Positions 44,972 through 59,327 are shown, counted from the stretch's first letter. The stretch: DNA of 64,000 bases from Eledone cirrhosa (GCA_964016885.1 OZ024751.1:36704001-36768000); one strand, 5' to 3'. The notes: generated by a model not told the origin, from the letters alone. Made by a program: numbers and translations.

Positions 44972-45175
44972 CACCTGAGGGAAAAGTTGTAGGGCTGTTG
45001 GGACATGCTATATACCAGTTTCTACATCTGTTGCAGATGTCTCCCAGATTTAAGGTCTCCGCTACAGATTTGTTCTTCTGTCCTCTTCTCCATCCCTTTC
45101 TCTCCCTAGCTTTTTTCCCTAGAATATGATGGTCTTCCCACCTTGTAACATGGCTATACCAGCTTAGCTTTGTTG
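44972..45175 (-). mobile_element. Degenerate RTE LINE 3' fragment
   Basis: Minus strand reads KLSWYSHVTR...GRRG, resembling the RLRWFGHV.R...GRP motif. Confidence 0.45.
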
Positions 45176-45520
45176 TTATTTGTCCCTATTTCCCTTAGTA
45201 TGTCCCTCCTTCATCATCCAGAGCACAGTAAGATGTTCGTTACAAGGCCATTGGATCCTCGCTACGGATCACCATACCACCACAGCCTTATATTATTCAC
45301 TGTTTTGTAAATAACTTCATGGGGGCTCATTTGATGTTGGGTGCTTTTTTTGCGGAGCAGATCTGTTAATTTTTTTATATAGCGTCATTATGTGATGACT
45401 AAGATGTAGAATCTAAATTTTCACTGCATGTATTTTTCTCTTTGTCTTTATTGAGTGAGAATCCATGTCTAACCACCTCCACCACCAATATACAAAAACT
45501 ACTACTACTACTACTACTAC

Positions 45521-45551
<31 letters not shown>

Positions 45552-46021
45552 TTCTAATCGGTCCGTATGTAGGACGTAGTAGTATAATTTCTGGATAATG
45601 TCTGGAGGTGAGAAAATAAGAGACAAGACAAAGCATTCATGTATAAATTTATCTACCTAGTTAACCTGTCCATCATCAATAACAGAAAGTAATTACTTTA
45701 CTCATTCCATGCTATCTCCTTGCTCGACTTAAAGGAAGGAGGCTGCAACGAAATGGAAATAATCAATATACTAACTATATGCTTCAGATTCGGTGCAAAT
45801 ATGGCTGTGTGTGTAAACTTAGAGCTTCTAAACTGTATGGTTTTAAGTTCGATCCTACTACAATATGTATGTGAAATTTAGTAGAAGAAAACTGTTATGT
45901 CATTATGGATAAACGAATACACTGCAACAGTGTAATAACAATATATTCGAAACAAACGGCAATAACCACACGTAACGGAACAACAATCTTTTCAAAATCA
46001 ACAATCCAACACGCTAACTCC

Positions 46022-46252
46022 AACTGTGGAACTAGTACCAACTTTGACTATCAACACACGAACTGTGGAACTAGTACCAACTTTGACTATCAACACACGA
46101 ACTGTGGAACTAGTACCAACTTTGACTATCAACACTCGAACTGTGGAACTAGTACCAACGCCGACTATCATCACACGAACTGTGGAACTAGTACCAACTT
46201 TGACTATCAACACACGAACTGTGGAACTAGTACCAACTTTGACTATCAACAC
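46022..46252. repeat. 39-bp minisatellite, ~6 copies
   Basis: aactgtggaactagtaccaactttgactatcaacacacg repeated head-to-tail with no spacers. Confidence 0.96.
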
Positions 46253-46830
46253 ATGGTCCCTCCAATACTACCAAAACACCAAACTACCAAAACTCACATC
46301 TACTTGTATATGCGCTACATTTTAAGAACATGTCACGTAGACGCAAATGGGACAGATACATATAGATATAGAGAGTCGGGCTGGAAGAGAGTTCTGTGTA
46401 GTTGATATAGAGAGGGGGAGAGTTTGGTGGTAATGGATATAGAGAGGCAGATTGGGAGATTGTGTTATATATTAGATATATAGAGAGGAATTTGAAGAGA
46501 GTTCCCTGTAGTAGATATAGAGAGGGGGAGAGTTTTCGCATATCGAAGTTTTCTGACCATTTTAGAGTGCAAACAGTTAAACTAATCACTACAACTAAAT
46601 TGTCCAAATTTTCCCCCACCCAATCAGAAATGCTTCTACCGCCTCTGATACACACACACACACACATACACACACACACACACACGCGCGCACACACACG
46701 CACACACACACACACCCACCCACATATATATATATACTTACACAAACACACACACATAATGATTAACTAATATATTATATCCAGAAAGGCTGAACTATAT
46801 CATTGAATGCAGTAGTAGTAGCAGTGGCAG

Positions 46831-46923
<93 letters not shown>

Positions 46924-46952
46924 CAGCAGCAGCATTAGTAGTAGTAGTAGTG

Positions 46953-47004
<52 letters not shown>

Positions 47005-47234
47005 CAGCGCGTAAGTAAAGTGCTAAGCTAACCTTTAGGGTGACAGTGTAATTTATTCTAAGGATATCTCCAATGTATTGTTAATTGCCAAGGTAGACGT
47101 GTGCAAGAATAATACTAGCAGAGTTGTCCTTTGTACAGTTTTACTGTCCTTTGTCGTCCTTTACTGTCCAGTCTAGTCACATGACCCAAACAATACATGC
47201 TTTGGAAAAATAACTGACCGTAATGTTTCACCTG

Positions 47235-47680
47235 TCTCTCTCTTTCCCTTCCCTTCTTCTTCTCTCTTTCCCTTCCCTTCTCTCTCTCTCCCTTCCCTTC
47301 CCTTCTCTCTCTCTCTCCCTTCCCTTCCCTTTCTCTCCCTTCTCCCTTTCCTTCTCTTTCTCTCTCTTTCCCTTCCCTTCTCCTTCTCTCTCCCTTCCCT
47401 TCCCTTTCTCTCCCTTCTCCCTTTCCTTCTCTTTCCCTTCCCTTCTCTTTCTCTCTCCCTTCCCTTCCCTTTCTCTCCCTTCTCCCTTTCCTTCTCTTTC
47501 TCTCTCTTTCCCTTCCCTTCTCCTTCTCTCCCTTCCCTTCCCTTTCTCTCCCTTCTCCTTTTCCTCTCTTTCCCTTCTCTTCTCTCTCTATTTCTCTCTT
47601 CCCCTTCTCTTCTCTCTCTATTTCTCTCTCTCCCCTTTCCCTTCTCTATCTCCCTCTATATCTATCCCCCCCTCTCTCTC
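47235..47680. repeat. Polypyrimidine (CT-rich) low-complexity tract
   Basis: ~450 bp of nearly pure C/T. Confidence 0.95.
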
Positions 47681-48012
47681 TAACACACACACACAGTCTG
47701 TCTCTCTCAAACACACTGTCTCTCTCACACACACTTAGTCTGTCTTTCTCTACAACATTTTCTCTCTCTCTTTCACTTAAGCCTCTCTCTCTCTCTCACT
47801 CTCAAACACAGTCTGTCTTTCTCAACCACTCTCTCTCTCTCCATTCCACTCTCTCTCTCTCTCACACACTCTCTGTCTGTCTGTCTGTCTATCTGTCTGT
47901 CTGTAAATGTTATATTGTCCAGCCGGACCGGATATCAGCGGTTCCTGTTTATTTTTGTTATTTGTGTGTGTATGTGTGTATGTGTATCTCTTTCTCTCTT
48001 CCTATATATATG

Positions 48013-48084
<72 letters not shown>

Positions 48085-48123
48085 CATATATGTATATGTA
48101 TAGACACATACATATTCACCATG

Positions 48124-48157
<34 letters not shown>

Positions 48158-48176
48158 GGTGTGTGTGTGTGTGCAC

Positions 48177-48207
<31 letters not shown>

Positions 48208-48419
48208 TGTATGTATGTATGTATGTATGTATATATATGGTGTGTCTATGGTAGTAAGCCAGGAACCCCCACTAATCAAAGCAGTACTCGAGGCATAATA
48301 ATATACAGAGTGGTGATATTTAGGAAGTAAATATTCGACCGTGAGCTCCTGCGGTTTCTGTTCCTATTTTCTCTCTGACGAGCGTCTCCTTGTTCAGAGA
48401 CGTACAACCGAACAAATAC

Positions 48420-48960
48420 ACTCCATTAGGCCTCTATCATACCCTAAACACCTTGCTTTCCATGGGCATGGATACAATAAAGATCCGACGTCTGGCAACT
48501 GACTTAGTAGACACCCACAAGATAATTAACCATCTTTCCAACAACAACCCCGAGCACCTTTTTGAATTCCATACGTCTAACACCTGTGAAAAGGTTTTCG
48601 AAATCAAAAAACAATACAGCTTCCATAACTTTCAGAAACATCTTAGGATGTTCAGAGTTGCGGAAGCATGGAACAAACTACCTGCATCAGTTGGTGCTTG
48701 CCGTGACATTGCATCTTTCAAAACATCCATGCTTCCTGAGATTCGCCAACACTACACCTGATATTCCCCCTCCATATAAACCTATGCAGGTGTATGTGTG
48801 TGTCTCTGTGTGTCTGTGTGTGTCTCTGTGTGTCTGTGTGTGTCTGTGTGTATATCATGATTCATAAACTGTTTCCTTTCCTGACATTTGTACATTATTC
48901 TATATACTATACATGCACCTTTGATGAGTGGTAGTGCACTGTACACAATAATTTTCATTA
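48420..48960 (+). mobile_element. CR1-group LINE 3' end
   Basis: MGMDTIKIRRLATDLVDTHKII...RVAEAWNKLPASVGACRDIASFK matches the CR1/L2-type ORF2 C-terminus; 3' UTR follows. Confidence 0.85.
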
Positions 48961-48977
48961 ACAAATATATATATATA

Positions 48978-49033
<56 letters not shown>

Positions 49034-49038
<5 letters not shown>

Positions 49039-49215
49039 AACGAGTAGGACCACGACGGCTGAGCTCAAGCCGTCTCGACGGCTAATTGTGGACTAAAATG
49101 CTTGAGCTCAGCCGTCGGGGTTCTACTCGTTCCTATTACCCACTCTACTACCCTAAGTATTGAGTACTTTGGTGCGTTATGGTCCACCTGGTTCCTTACC
49201 ACATTTCCTTCGTTA
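49034..49215 (+). mobile_element. Palindrome-plus-tail element, copy 6 (arm type ggaacgagtagga)
   Basis: Same subfamily as copy 1; right arm partly deleted. Confidence 0.9.
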
Positions 49216-49291
49216 TATATATATATATATATATTTGTGTGTACACACACACATATATATATATACTTACACACACACATATATATAAACT

Positions 49292-49362
<71 letters not shown>

Positions 49363-49707
49363 GTGTACACACACACACATATATATATATATACAGGCAG
49401 ACATACTGATATGGTACTTCCATGCTACAGTTAGTAGTTAGTGTGTAGCTAACTTTAGTCCACTCTAGCACTATATAATAGATATTTTATTATTATATAT
49501 CAACACAACTCTTTCATTGTGTACGTGTGTCCGTTGATTGCTCTGCCAGAATTACATACAATATGAGCAATTTGATTTCCTTCACACACACATGCTCACA
49601 CACATATGCACACACATGCACGACTAAAACTTACTTACATATAGACACATGCAAGCGTACATATATAAATTCATAAACGCATAGACTCGTATATATTTAT
49701 ATATATG

Positions 49708-49743
<36 letters not shown>

Positions 49744-49756
49744 GTTGTGTGTGAAA

Positions 49757-49849
49757 GAGTGGTTAACCCAACGGCTGAGCTCTTGCAGTTTCAACAGTGT
49801 CAATACTCACACATGCACATACATACACATATATGTTCATATATAATGA

Positions 49850-49927
<78 letters not shown>

Positions 49928-49992
49928 AAAGTTCGGATCTAGCTGTCGAAACGGCCGGAGCTCAACCGTCGGTGTCCTGATTCCCTTCCTTA
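49757..49992 (-). mobile_element. Palindrome-plus-tail element, copy 7, interrupted by microsatellites
   Basis: Arm fragments at ~49757-49800 and ~49930-49992; same subfamily as copy 8. Confidence 0.65.
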
Positions 49993-49995
49993 TAT

Positions 49996-50066
<71 letters not shown>

Positions 50067-50360
50067 CAGCTTTGTCGTAGTGTCATATGGCTGACGATTG
50101 TGTACGGTCGTGTGTTCGATTCACGTATCCACCGGTGTATTGTGTCCTTGAACAAGACTCTTTATTTCCCATTTGCTCCAGTTCACTGACCTCATAAAAC
50201 TGAGCCCCAGCTGTAAATACCATTCAAACTTGTGTTTGAATCGCACCACATCCAGGCAAGAATGGTCCGCTCAGGGTAACGGATATATCTGCCTTTGGTT
50301 TTCCCTCGTACAGCATCAGTGTTGTGGAGAGGGAGATATATATATATATATTTTTTTTTT

Positions 50361-50474
50361 TTAATTAAAATAACAGATTAAAGTTTAAGCAAAGAATCGC
50401 TGCTTTCACCCTTAACGGGATCTTCTGAAACTAACGAGCCCTCTTTGGATTTTAGTCTTCAAATTTATTATTAT

Positions 50475-50480
<6 letters not shown>
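50361..50480 (+). mobile_element. 33198-family element with its hammerhead-like segment inverted relative to the tail
   Basis: 50365-50432 is the reverse complement of ~33198-33265; 50435-50480 matches the 33316-33360 tail. Confidence 0.8.
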
Positions 50481-50548
<68 letters not shown>

Positions 50549-50620
50549 TGGTCTTCTTTAACACACCTTGTGAAGGTTCGTTGCCTTGTAGTTTAGAGAG
50601 GTATTTACTAGATGTAAACC

Positions 50621-50940
50621 AAACTCCTCAAATACCGGTCGCTCTCCGACAGGTTTGCGGTTGTACCCGTGGCAGTGGAGACTTCTGGTGTCCTCGGCCC
50701 CAGGGCTACCTCTTTACTCACCACCATAGGCGCTGAGCTGGCCAACCGCAGGCGTGAGCGCCGCGAGTTGGAGTGACCCTTCCAGCGCGTCTCCCTTACC
50801 ATCCTCCGAGGAAACGCCGTCTCCATTTTGTCCGCCGGGGCTGTGGGTGGGCCCCATCGCGTACCGTTGTAGTTGTTGTAGAGACCCTTCTAATTAAATA
50901 CACATTCTGAATTATCGTACAGAGTATAAATAGATTTATT
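50621..50940 (+). mobile_element. CRE-clade non-LTR retrotransposon 3' end (REL domain tail)
   Basis: KLLKYRSLSDRFAVVPVAVETSGVLGPRATSLLTTIG...FQRVSLTILRGNAVSIL, with one in-frame stop. Confidence 0.8.
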
Positions 50941-50998
50941 TTAAAGATGTAAACCTACAGTTAGCTATGACTGAAGGGTGCATTCATACACACACACA

Positions 50999-51050
<52 letters not shown>

Positions 51051-51056
51051 CACACA

Positions 51057-51117
<61 letters not shown>

Positions 51118-51463
51118 TTATATATATATATATATATAACACAAACACGCACACACACATATGTATATAGATATAAAATACTGAAATAAAGCATAGGTGT
51201 ATATTACCACATGTACTAAAGCATATACAATATTGTGTTTGTGAGGTTGTTAATGTGTGTGTGGGAAGGACCGGAAGTGTGAGGGTATGTGTTTGTGTGT
51301 GCGTGTGTGTGTGTGTGTGTGGCCAGATTCTTTAGAATTTGAAACGGTATTAAATTTGTAAAAACGGGTTTACATTTTTTAAATTTTTATAATCATTGCC
51401 TGTTTATCAGGCATAGGACGGTGATCATGCTGGAGCATCGCCTTCAAAACACTGCATACACAA

Positions 51464-51506
<43 letters not shown>

Positions 51507-52827
51507 TACATACATATACACATATATACATACATATATTTACACACACACACATATATAAATATGATATGTATTTATATATACGTATGTAATTGTGTGT
51601 GTTAGACGGATACACACGCACACTCATGTATATTAGATATAATAGATATACATGATACATAAATATGTTTACAAGTACCTTGTGGTGTTGATTTCTAGTC
51701 TGCAACCGGAGGACCCTGATACAAATGACCGTTCTCTTCTTCTCCCTGTTGTTGTTATAAAAGAATGAGGAGAAATATATTAAACCTACATAATCATTCA
51801 TTACTTTTGATTAGGAAGAGGGCCAAGTTTTTTGTAGAGGAGAGAGGTAGAATCGATAAAATCGACCCCATATATACATGTCTAATTTTTGTTTTTATTT
51901 TATCGATCTCGGGTATGTAAAGAAAAAAATAAAGGAAAAATTTATTAAAATCGACTCCTTTGAGGTTTGAACTCAAATTGAAAAACTACGAAACAAATTA
52001 TTTTTTGTTATTAGCTATTTTAGATTGGTAGATTGTAATTTAAAAGATATATATTAATATTATGGCATATATTTTTAAGGGAATGAGGTTTCGGCAGATT
52101 ACATCTACCTGATAATATTACTGGTATTACCATATTTAGACATGAACACACTAGGCATCATACGGTGTGTTGGGGATATGACCACCATGTCTAGGTCCAA
52201 CATGTTAATCTATGTATGTTATGGTTGTGTATGTAAGGGCCCCGGTGTTTTGCTATGTCCAAATGCTTATCGGGTCTGTTGTTCTATGGTTGTGTATGCA
52301 AGAAAGGGTCAATGATACTGATAAGTCAGGCTTGATTACTAGTGTTGGTTTCGTCATTCTTGCGTTAAAGGACATCATCAGTTTTGGTAGTAGATTTAAT
52401 TTTGGGGATGCTAGACTTAATTGCGGGCAGTAGACATAATCTTGCTTCGTGCCACCGACCTATGGCCCATTGCTGACTTTAGTAAAGTCCACTAAAGTTT
52501 CGTATATAGTATTATTATGGCTGGTTTCAAAGTAAATATAAATACTTTAAAACATACAGTTGTGTATCGACGAACTAAAGGTCGAGATCAAGAAATATTC
52601 AAAGTATTAAGAATGACTTCCTCTCACCTTCCTACCAGTCATGAATTAAGTAAGGGTTTCTTGTGGTTTAATATAAAAATATTTTAGAATAATGTCCTTT
52701 CTCCCTCCCACCAGTCTTGAATTAATGGGAGGCCTAAAGATGTTTGGTATCAAAAGATTGAAGGATAACCTCCCCTCACCTTTCCACTAGATTTGTTTGC
52801 CTGAAAAGAGACATGGATTCTCAGAAA

Positions 52828-52960
52828 CATAGGCGCTGAGCTGGCTAGCCGCAGGTGTGAGCCTAGCAAGTTGGAATGGCTTTTCTAGCGAGTCTCCCTT
52901 GCCGTCCTCCGGGAAAACGCCTTCTCTATTCTGTCCGCCGGGGCTGTGGGGAGGCCACCA
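52828..52960 (+). mobile_element. Second, shorter CRE 3' fragment
   Basis: Homologous to ~50725-50855. Confidence 0.78.
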
Positions 52961-53244
52961 ATATGATTGAGTCACTTGTCATTTTATCAGTCAACTGTTG
53001 CTGTCGATAGATAACTAGGTATCTGTAGATGAACGGTATTAACCAGGAGGTAGACATTCAAGAGAAACTTCTGTTTTAAAGCTTTCCTATTCTTATGCTA
53101 TTTTGTTAAAAGTTAAAAATAAAATAATTATTCCCTATACGATTTAAACTCACAATTTCAAGAATCAAACAAATCTATCGACTGAAACGTATTTATGTAG
53201 AGTCCAGCCCACTGAATACCTTGGATCTTTAGTAGAATTTGTAC

Positions 53245-53645
53245 TCAATGTTCTGATAGACAAACAGAAGAAGTATCAAAACTAATACTGGTGGATCCAG
53301 TGGGAAGGCATGGTAGATATATTGATATATATGACATATATGATAACCTGATGTAGGATACTGGCTTGGAAGATATCCAGGAATTGAACAATGGGGGGGG
53401 GGGGGGGGGGGCAGGGAAGTGTGGTGGACATCGTGTCACATACATTGACAACTTGAAGTAGGATAGGATACTGGCCTGGAATCTATCCAGGAACTGATGA
53501 TGGAAATGGTAGACAGAGAAATGTGGACCTCATGACACATATATTGACAACCTGATGTAATATCCTGCATGAGGCTAGCCTTATGGGAACCACATTTAAA
53601 AGTGACAAGGAATGGTAGATATTGTGTCGCATACATTGACACCCG
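53245..53645 (+). mobile_element. Tandemly reiterated degenerate RTE C-terminal fragments
   Basis: Repeated TYIDNL..DTGLE.IQEL..M.DRE.W-like segments, related to 13450-13575. Confidence 0.55.
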
Positions 53646-53842
53646 CTTATAATCCTGAACTTACCACTGATAACTAAATGTGTATGCTCTGGCTCATGGA
53701 CTGGTGCTTCGGAAGTGCAAGTCCCGCGAATTGATTGAGCTAGTGGAAAGTTCAACGTACTAGCACAAACTCAGTTTGTCTGCTTCGATACACTTACATA
53801 TATATATACATATATATATACATATATATATACACACATATA

Positions 53843-54043
53843 TAACAAAGAGGGTGTGGTAAGATACCAGATGGACCATAATGCACCAGAGTACTCAATT
53901 CTTAGGGTAGTAGAGTGGGTAATAAGAAAAGAGTCAGGACCCCGATGGCTGAGCACCGGCCGTTTCGACAGCTAGATGCGAACAGTTCTGATATAGCTGT
54001 CGAAAGGGCCGGAGCTCAACCGTCGGGGTCCTGACTCTTTTCC
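53843..54043 (-). mobile_element. Palindrome-plus-tail element, copy 8 (arm type ggaaaagagtcagga)
   Basis: Same tail; arm sequence differs from the other subfamilies but remains self-complementary. Confidence 0.88.
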
Positions 54044-54139
54044 ATATACATATATATTTATATTTATTATATAAATATATAGGTGTGTATTGTAGGTTTA
54101 TATATTCTGGTTAATCGTGTACCTGTATACGTAGTCTAC

Positions 54140-54790
54140 AAACCAGCCCACCATCCACCCAACCAGCCCACCATCCACTCAACCAGCACACCATCCACCC
54201 AACCAGCCCACCATCCAACCAACCAGCCCACCATCCACCCAACCATCCACCCAACCAGTACACCATCCACCCAACCAGCCCACCATCCACCCAACCAGCC
54301 CACCATCCACCCAACCAGCCCACCATCCACCCAACCAGCCCACCATCCACCCAACCAGCCCATCATCCACCCAACCAGCCCACCATCCACCCAACCATCC
54401 ACCCAACCAGCACACCATCCACCCAACCAGCCCACCATCCACCCAACCAGCCCACCATCCACCCAACCAGCCCACCATCCACCCAACCATCCACCCAACC
54501 AGCACACCATCCACCCAACCAGCCCACCATCCACCCAACCAGCCCACCATCCACCCAACCAGCCCACCATCCACCCAACCAGCACACCATCCACCCAACC
54601 AGCCCACCATCCACCCAACCAGCCCACCATCCACCCAACCAGCCCACCATCCACCCAACCAGCCCACCATCCACCCAACCAGCCCACCATCCATCCAACC
54701 AGCCCACCATCCACCCAACCAGCCCACCATCCACTCAACCAGTCCACCATCCACCCAACCAGCCCACCATCCACCCAACCAGCCCACCAG
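54140..54790. repeat. 21-bp minisatellite (aaccagcccaccatccaccca)n
   Basis: ~30 head-to-tail copies. Confidence 0.96.
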
Positions 54791-54934
54791 TCCTTTCATC
54801 ACCCCTCCAACACCACCTCTAGCCCCACCGCCAACAAATAAAAACCGTATCAGGTGGCAGACGGTGTACTTTTGAGCACCTGTCACACTAATTGATAATG
54901 GTGTCGGCACAATCATCACGTCTAGTCAACGGAC

Positions 54935-55738
54935 ACACGCATGCACACACACACCACACATGAACACACACCACACATGCACACACACCACACATGCACA
55001 CACACACACATGCACACATACCACACATGAACACACACCACACATGCACACACACACACATGCACACATACCACACATGAACACACACCACACATGCACA
55101 CACACACACATGCACACACACCACACATGAACACACACACACACACCACACCACGCATGCACACACACCACACATGAACACACACACACACCACACATGA
55201 ACACACACACACATCACACATGAACACACACACACACCACACATGAACACACACACACACCACGCATGCACACACACACATACATCACGCATGCACACAC
55301 ACACACCACATGAACACACACACACCACACATGAACACACACACACACCACACATGTACACACACCACACATGAACACACACACACACACCACACATGCA
55401 CACCCACCACACATGAACACACACACACACCACACATGTACACACACCACACATGAACACACACACACACACCACACATGCACACACACCACACATGAAC
55501 ACACAAACACACACACACACCACACATGAACACACACCACACATGAACACACACACACACCACACATGCACACACACCACACATGCACACACACACACAC
55601 ACACACCACAAGCACACACACCACATAAGCACACACACACGCACACACACCACGCATGCACACACACACATATACGCACACACATATACGTATGTAGACA
55701 TATATTAACATACATACATCTATCTATATATATATATC

Positions 55739-55790
<52 letters not shown>

Positions 55791-55849
55791 ATATATATAT
55801 ATATATATATATATATCTATATATATATATATATCTATATATATATATC

Positions 55850-55895
<46 letters not shown>

Positions 55896-56460
55896 ATATA
55901 TATATATATATATATATATATCTATATATATATATATATCTATATATATATATCCTCTATATATATATATATATATATATATAGATATAACCGATACGGT
56001 CCATTTATCTGTTGGTATCGATCACTTGAAAAACCAGCCTGTGTGTGTGTATGGGGGTATGTATGTATATGCATCATATGTGTTAGTGTGTGTGTATCTG
56101 AGTGTGTGTCGCTGTGTGTGGGTGTGTGGTCGCTGCGTGTGTGTGTGTCTGTGTGTGTGTGTCTCTGTGTGTGTGTGTGTCTGTGTGTGTGTGTCTCTGT
56201 GTGTGTCTGTGTGTGTGTGTGTCTGTCTGTGTGTGTGTCTGTGTGTGTGTGTGTCTGTGTGTGTGTGTGTGTCTGTGTGTGTGTCTGTGTGTGTGTATCT
56301 GTGTGTGTATGTGTGTGTGTGTGTCTGTGTGTCTGTCTGTGTGTGTATCTGTGTGTGTGTGTCTGTGTGTGTGTGTGTGTGTGTCTGTGTGTGTGTGTCT
56401 GTGTGTGTGTGTGTGTGTGTGTCTGTGTGTGTGTGTGCCTGTCTGTGTCTGTCTGTGTGT

Positions 56461-56521
<61 letters not shown>

Positions 56522-56560
56522 TGTGTCTGTGTGTGTCTCTCTGTGTGTGTCTGTGTTTTA
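54935..56560. repeat. (CA)-derived, (TA)n and (TG)-derived microsatellite blocks
   Basis: Direct reading. Confidence 0.95.
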
Positions 56561-56689
56561 CTCTATAAAGAGGCTAGAGAGCCAGTCGTGTGTTACCAAG
56601 TCTGTTAGTCTCACAGCCTCTATGTTTGTAGTCGACTAATACATACTCCTGTGGCTAGACGAGAGACTAACGAGGGAGGGTTTGATGTG

Positions 56690-57050
56690 CTCACTTGCAG
56701 TGGTTACTCGATGTGCTAGAAATAGCAACCAGATTTTTCCTAAACAACACACTACCTATTTACTTAGTGTAACAGTTTTACTGCCAGTATGCCCAGATAA
56801 GCTAATGAAGGAGTGTTCGACATAGACTCTTGCAGTGGTCACTCGATGTGCTAGAAATAGCAACCACATTTTTCCTAACCAACACACTACCTACTTTCTT
56901 AGGGTAATAATTTCACTGTTAGCATGTCCAGACAAGTTAATGGGGAAGGGCTCGGCGTAGTCTCTTACTGTGGTCAGTTGATGTGCTACTAACAACAATA
57001 AAATCTTCTCATAACCTCAACCTACTCGCATTCGATAAAGGTTTCGCTGC
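56690..57050. repeat. Diverged ~135-bp tandem repeat, ~3 copies
   Basis: cttgcagtgg..gatgtgctagaaatagcaacc at 56694, 56829 and ~56964; related copies near 57300, 57545 and 20287. Confidence 0.75.
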
Positions 57051-57096
57051 CTACCTATCTCTAGTAATCAGATATAAATTCACTAATAAATAATAC

Positions 57097-57276
57097 TTGT
57101 TTCTACATTTGGCACAAGGCCATCAATTACCCAGTACATTACTGGTACTTTATTTTATCGACCCCGTAAGGATGAAAGGCAAAGTTAACCTCGGCGGGAT
57201 TTGAACTCGGACCGCAAAGGGACGTAACTATGCTGGAAAGCATGGCGTCCGACCCTCTACCGATACTGTCAATCCA
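57097..57276 (-). mobile_element. Family-1 SINE, full length
   Basis: Near-identical to 17044-17234. Confidence 0.93.
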
Positions 57277-57717
57277 TGTATTCCATTAAGGAGAGTTTGA
57301 TGTGGTCGGTCGTTGTGTTAGCTCTGCGTGCTAGAAATAGCAACAAGATATCCAACAAGCTAAATCCTATGTTCATAGGATAATAGTTTCACTCCCTAAA
57401 AACCTGTCTGAAGAGACAATAAACGAAGATAACGAGAGTGGACTTGACGCCCAAACAAGGACGTATTAGATAATAGTTTTAATACCCACATCTAGAATTC
57501 AAATACTATTAATGATAAAGGAAACTAACAAGGGGAGGCTCGATGGGCTAAAATAACAGCCAATTCTCTCTGAAATCGTCTTACCTAGGAATTCTAAGCA
57601 TATGTAGGGATGTATTATCTTTAATAACATGACCTGTTCCGGTATGAAACCTGATGGTAACCTACATATTGTTGTGTAAGTTCGTTATTATATAACCTAT
57701 ATACATAAACGCACAGC

Positions 57718-57751
<34 letters not shown>

Positions 57752-58202
57752 CATGCAAATGCAAACGCGCACACACAGTCGCAAACACACACACATACAC
57801 ATATATATTATACATATACACTCACACACATATATATATACAACTCACACGCACATACATGTACATGTACATGTTCACATACACATAAACATTTCTATTA
57901 TAATATATACAGAGAGAGAGAGAGAGCGAGAGAGAGAGAGACCAGACATCCATGACTGCCTGTGTATAATGAATTCATTTAATCATCCAAATTGATATGC
58001 TTACATTTGGTAATGTCTAATTTGAGTCAATACAGCCATGGTCCACTCTGTTTATTTTTGTCGTTGTTTCTCTCTCTAACTTTTATACTTTATTTTTAGT
58101 GTTTCTGTCTGTTTCTTTGTTTGTTGGTGATAGAAAGATTGGCTTTCCCTTGTTTGTTATTATTTGTGGAGCGGATATAGGTTGTCTAGCTTGTACAATG
58201 TT

Positions 58203-58262
<60 letters not shown>

Positions 58263-58349
58263 AAGAGAGAGTCAGATATATACATACATTCTTTTCCTGG
58301 TTTTTGTCATTAGTCTCCGGCCGCGTATATGTATGTGTATGTATCTATA

Positions 58350-58418
<69 letters not shown>

Positions 58419-58954
58419 GTGCATATATATATATATATATATACATATATGCAAGTATATATATGTATATATATATATATATATATACAAACACACACAC
58501 ACAAACAGACACACACACACACATATATATATATGCACATAGTTTGCTTGTGGTATTTAAGTAAGACTGGACATATCATGAAATATTCAAGCGAAAATAA
58601 CAACCTATTAGATCATCGCTGAAAATATTATCAATAAAATATATATTGTAGATCGGCTCCAGATGGACTGGTGCTTTCTCTCGAGCAGAGACTGAAAAAT
58701 AACCTACAGAAAACAACGTGAAATATTAATAGCCAAAGAGCACACCGGGATAGATCCTCCATCGGTTTCGAAGATGATCATTCAGTCGTTAAATCACTTG
58801 AATCTCCAGCTCGTGGAATATCACGTAAGCTTTAGACTGCTTCAAAGACAAGTAATTCCTAAACCGAATCAGAGAGACACAATATATGACAAGCGAGGCT
58901 GCCCTTAGGAGAGGCACGGCCCAATTAAGTGTTTCTATATATACATGCGTGTGT

Positions 58955-58996
<42 letters not shown>

Positions 58997-59095
58997 TTTC
59001 CTATAATATTGCCAGTGTGCACTCTTGGAATTTTAGCTCTAATTCCCGCATTGACCATTCATATGATCGTTATATATTATATATCAATCTCTTTT

Positions 59096-59145
<50 letters not shown>

Positions 59146-59266
59146 CCACAAACCCTCCATCCCAATTCTTAAAAAGACTTGTTGCATTTTCGATTTCATC
59201 TTTTTTCCTTATACATTCACTCATGTAGGACATATCGTTTTTTTTTCATTTTGTAAAAAGAACCTC

Positions 59267-59322
<56 letters not shown>

Positions 59323-59327
<5 letters not shown>

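Noticed and set aside
46022-46252. CRISPR-like periodicity (39 bp; also the 120-bp and 21-bp arrays)
   Set aside because: No unique spacers, no cas genes, eukaryotic context
48372-48410. CTGACGA followed by a cgtctc/gagacg hairpin on the plus strand
   Set aside because: The GAAA-stem III-UH half is missing
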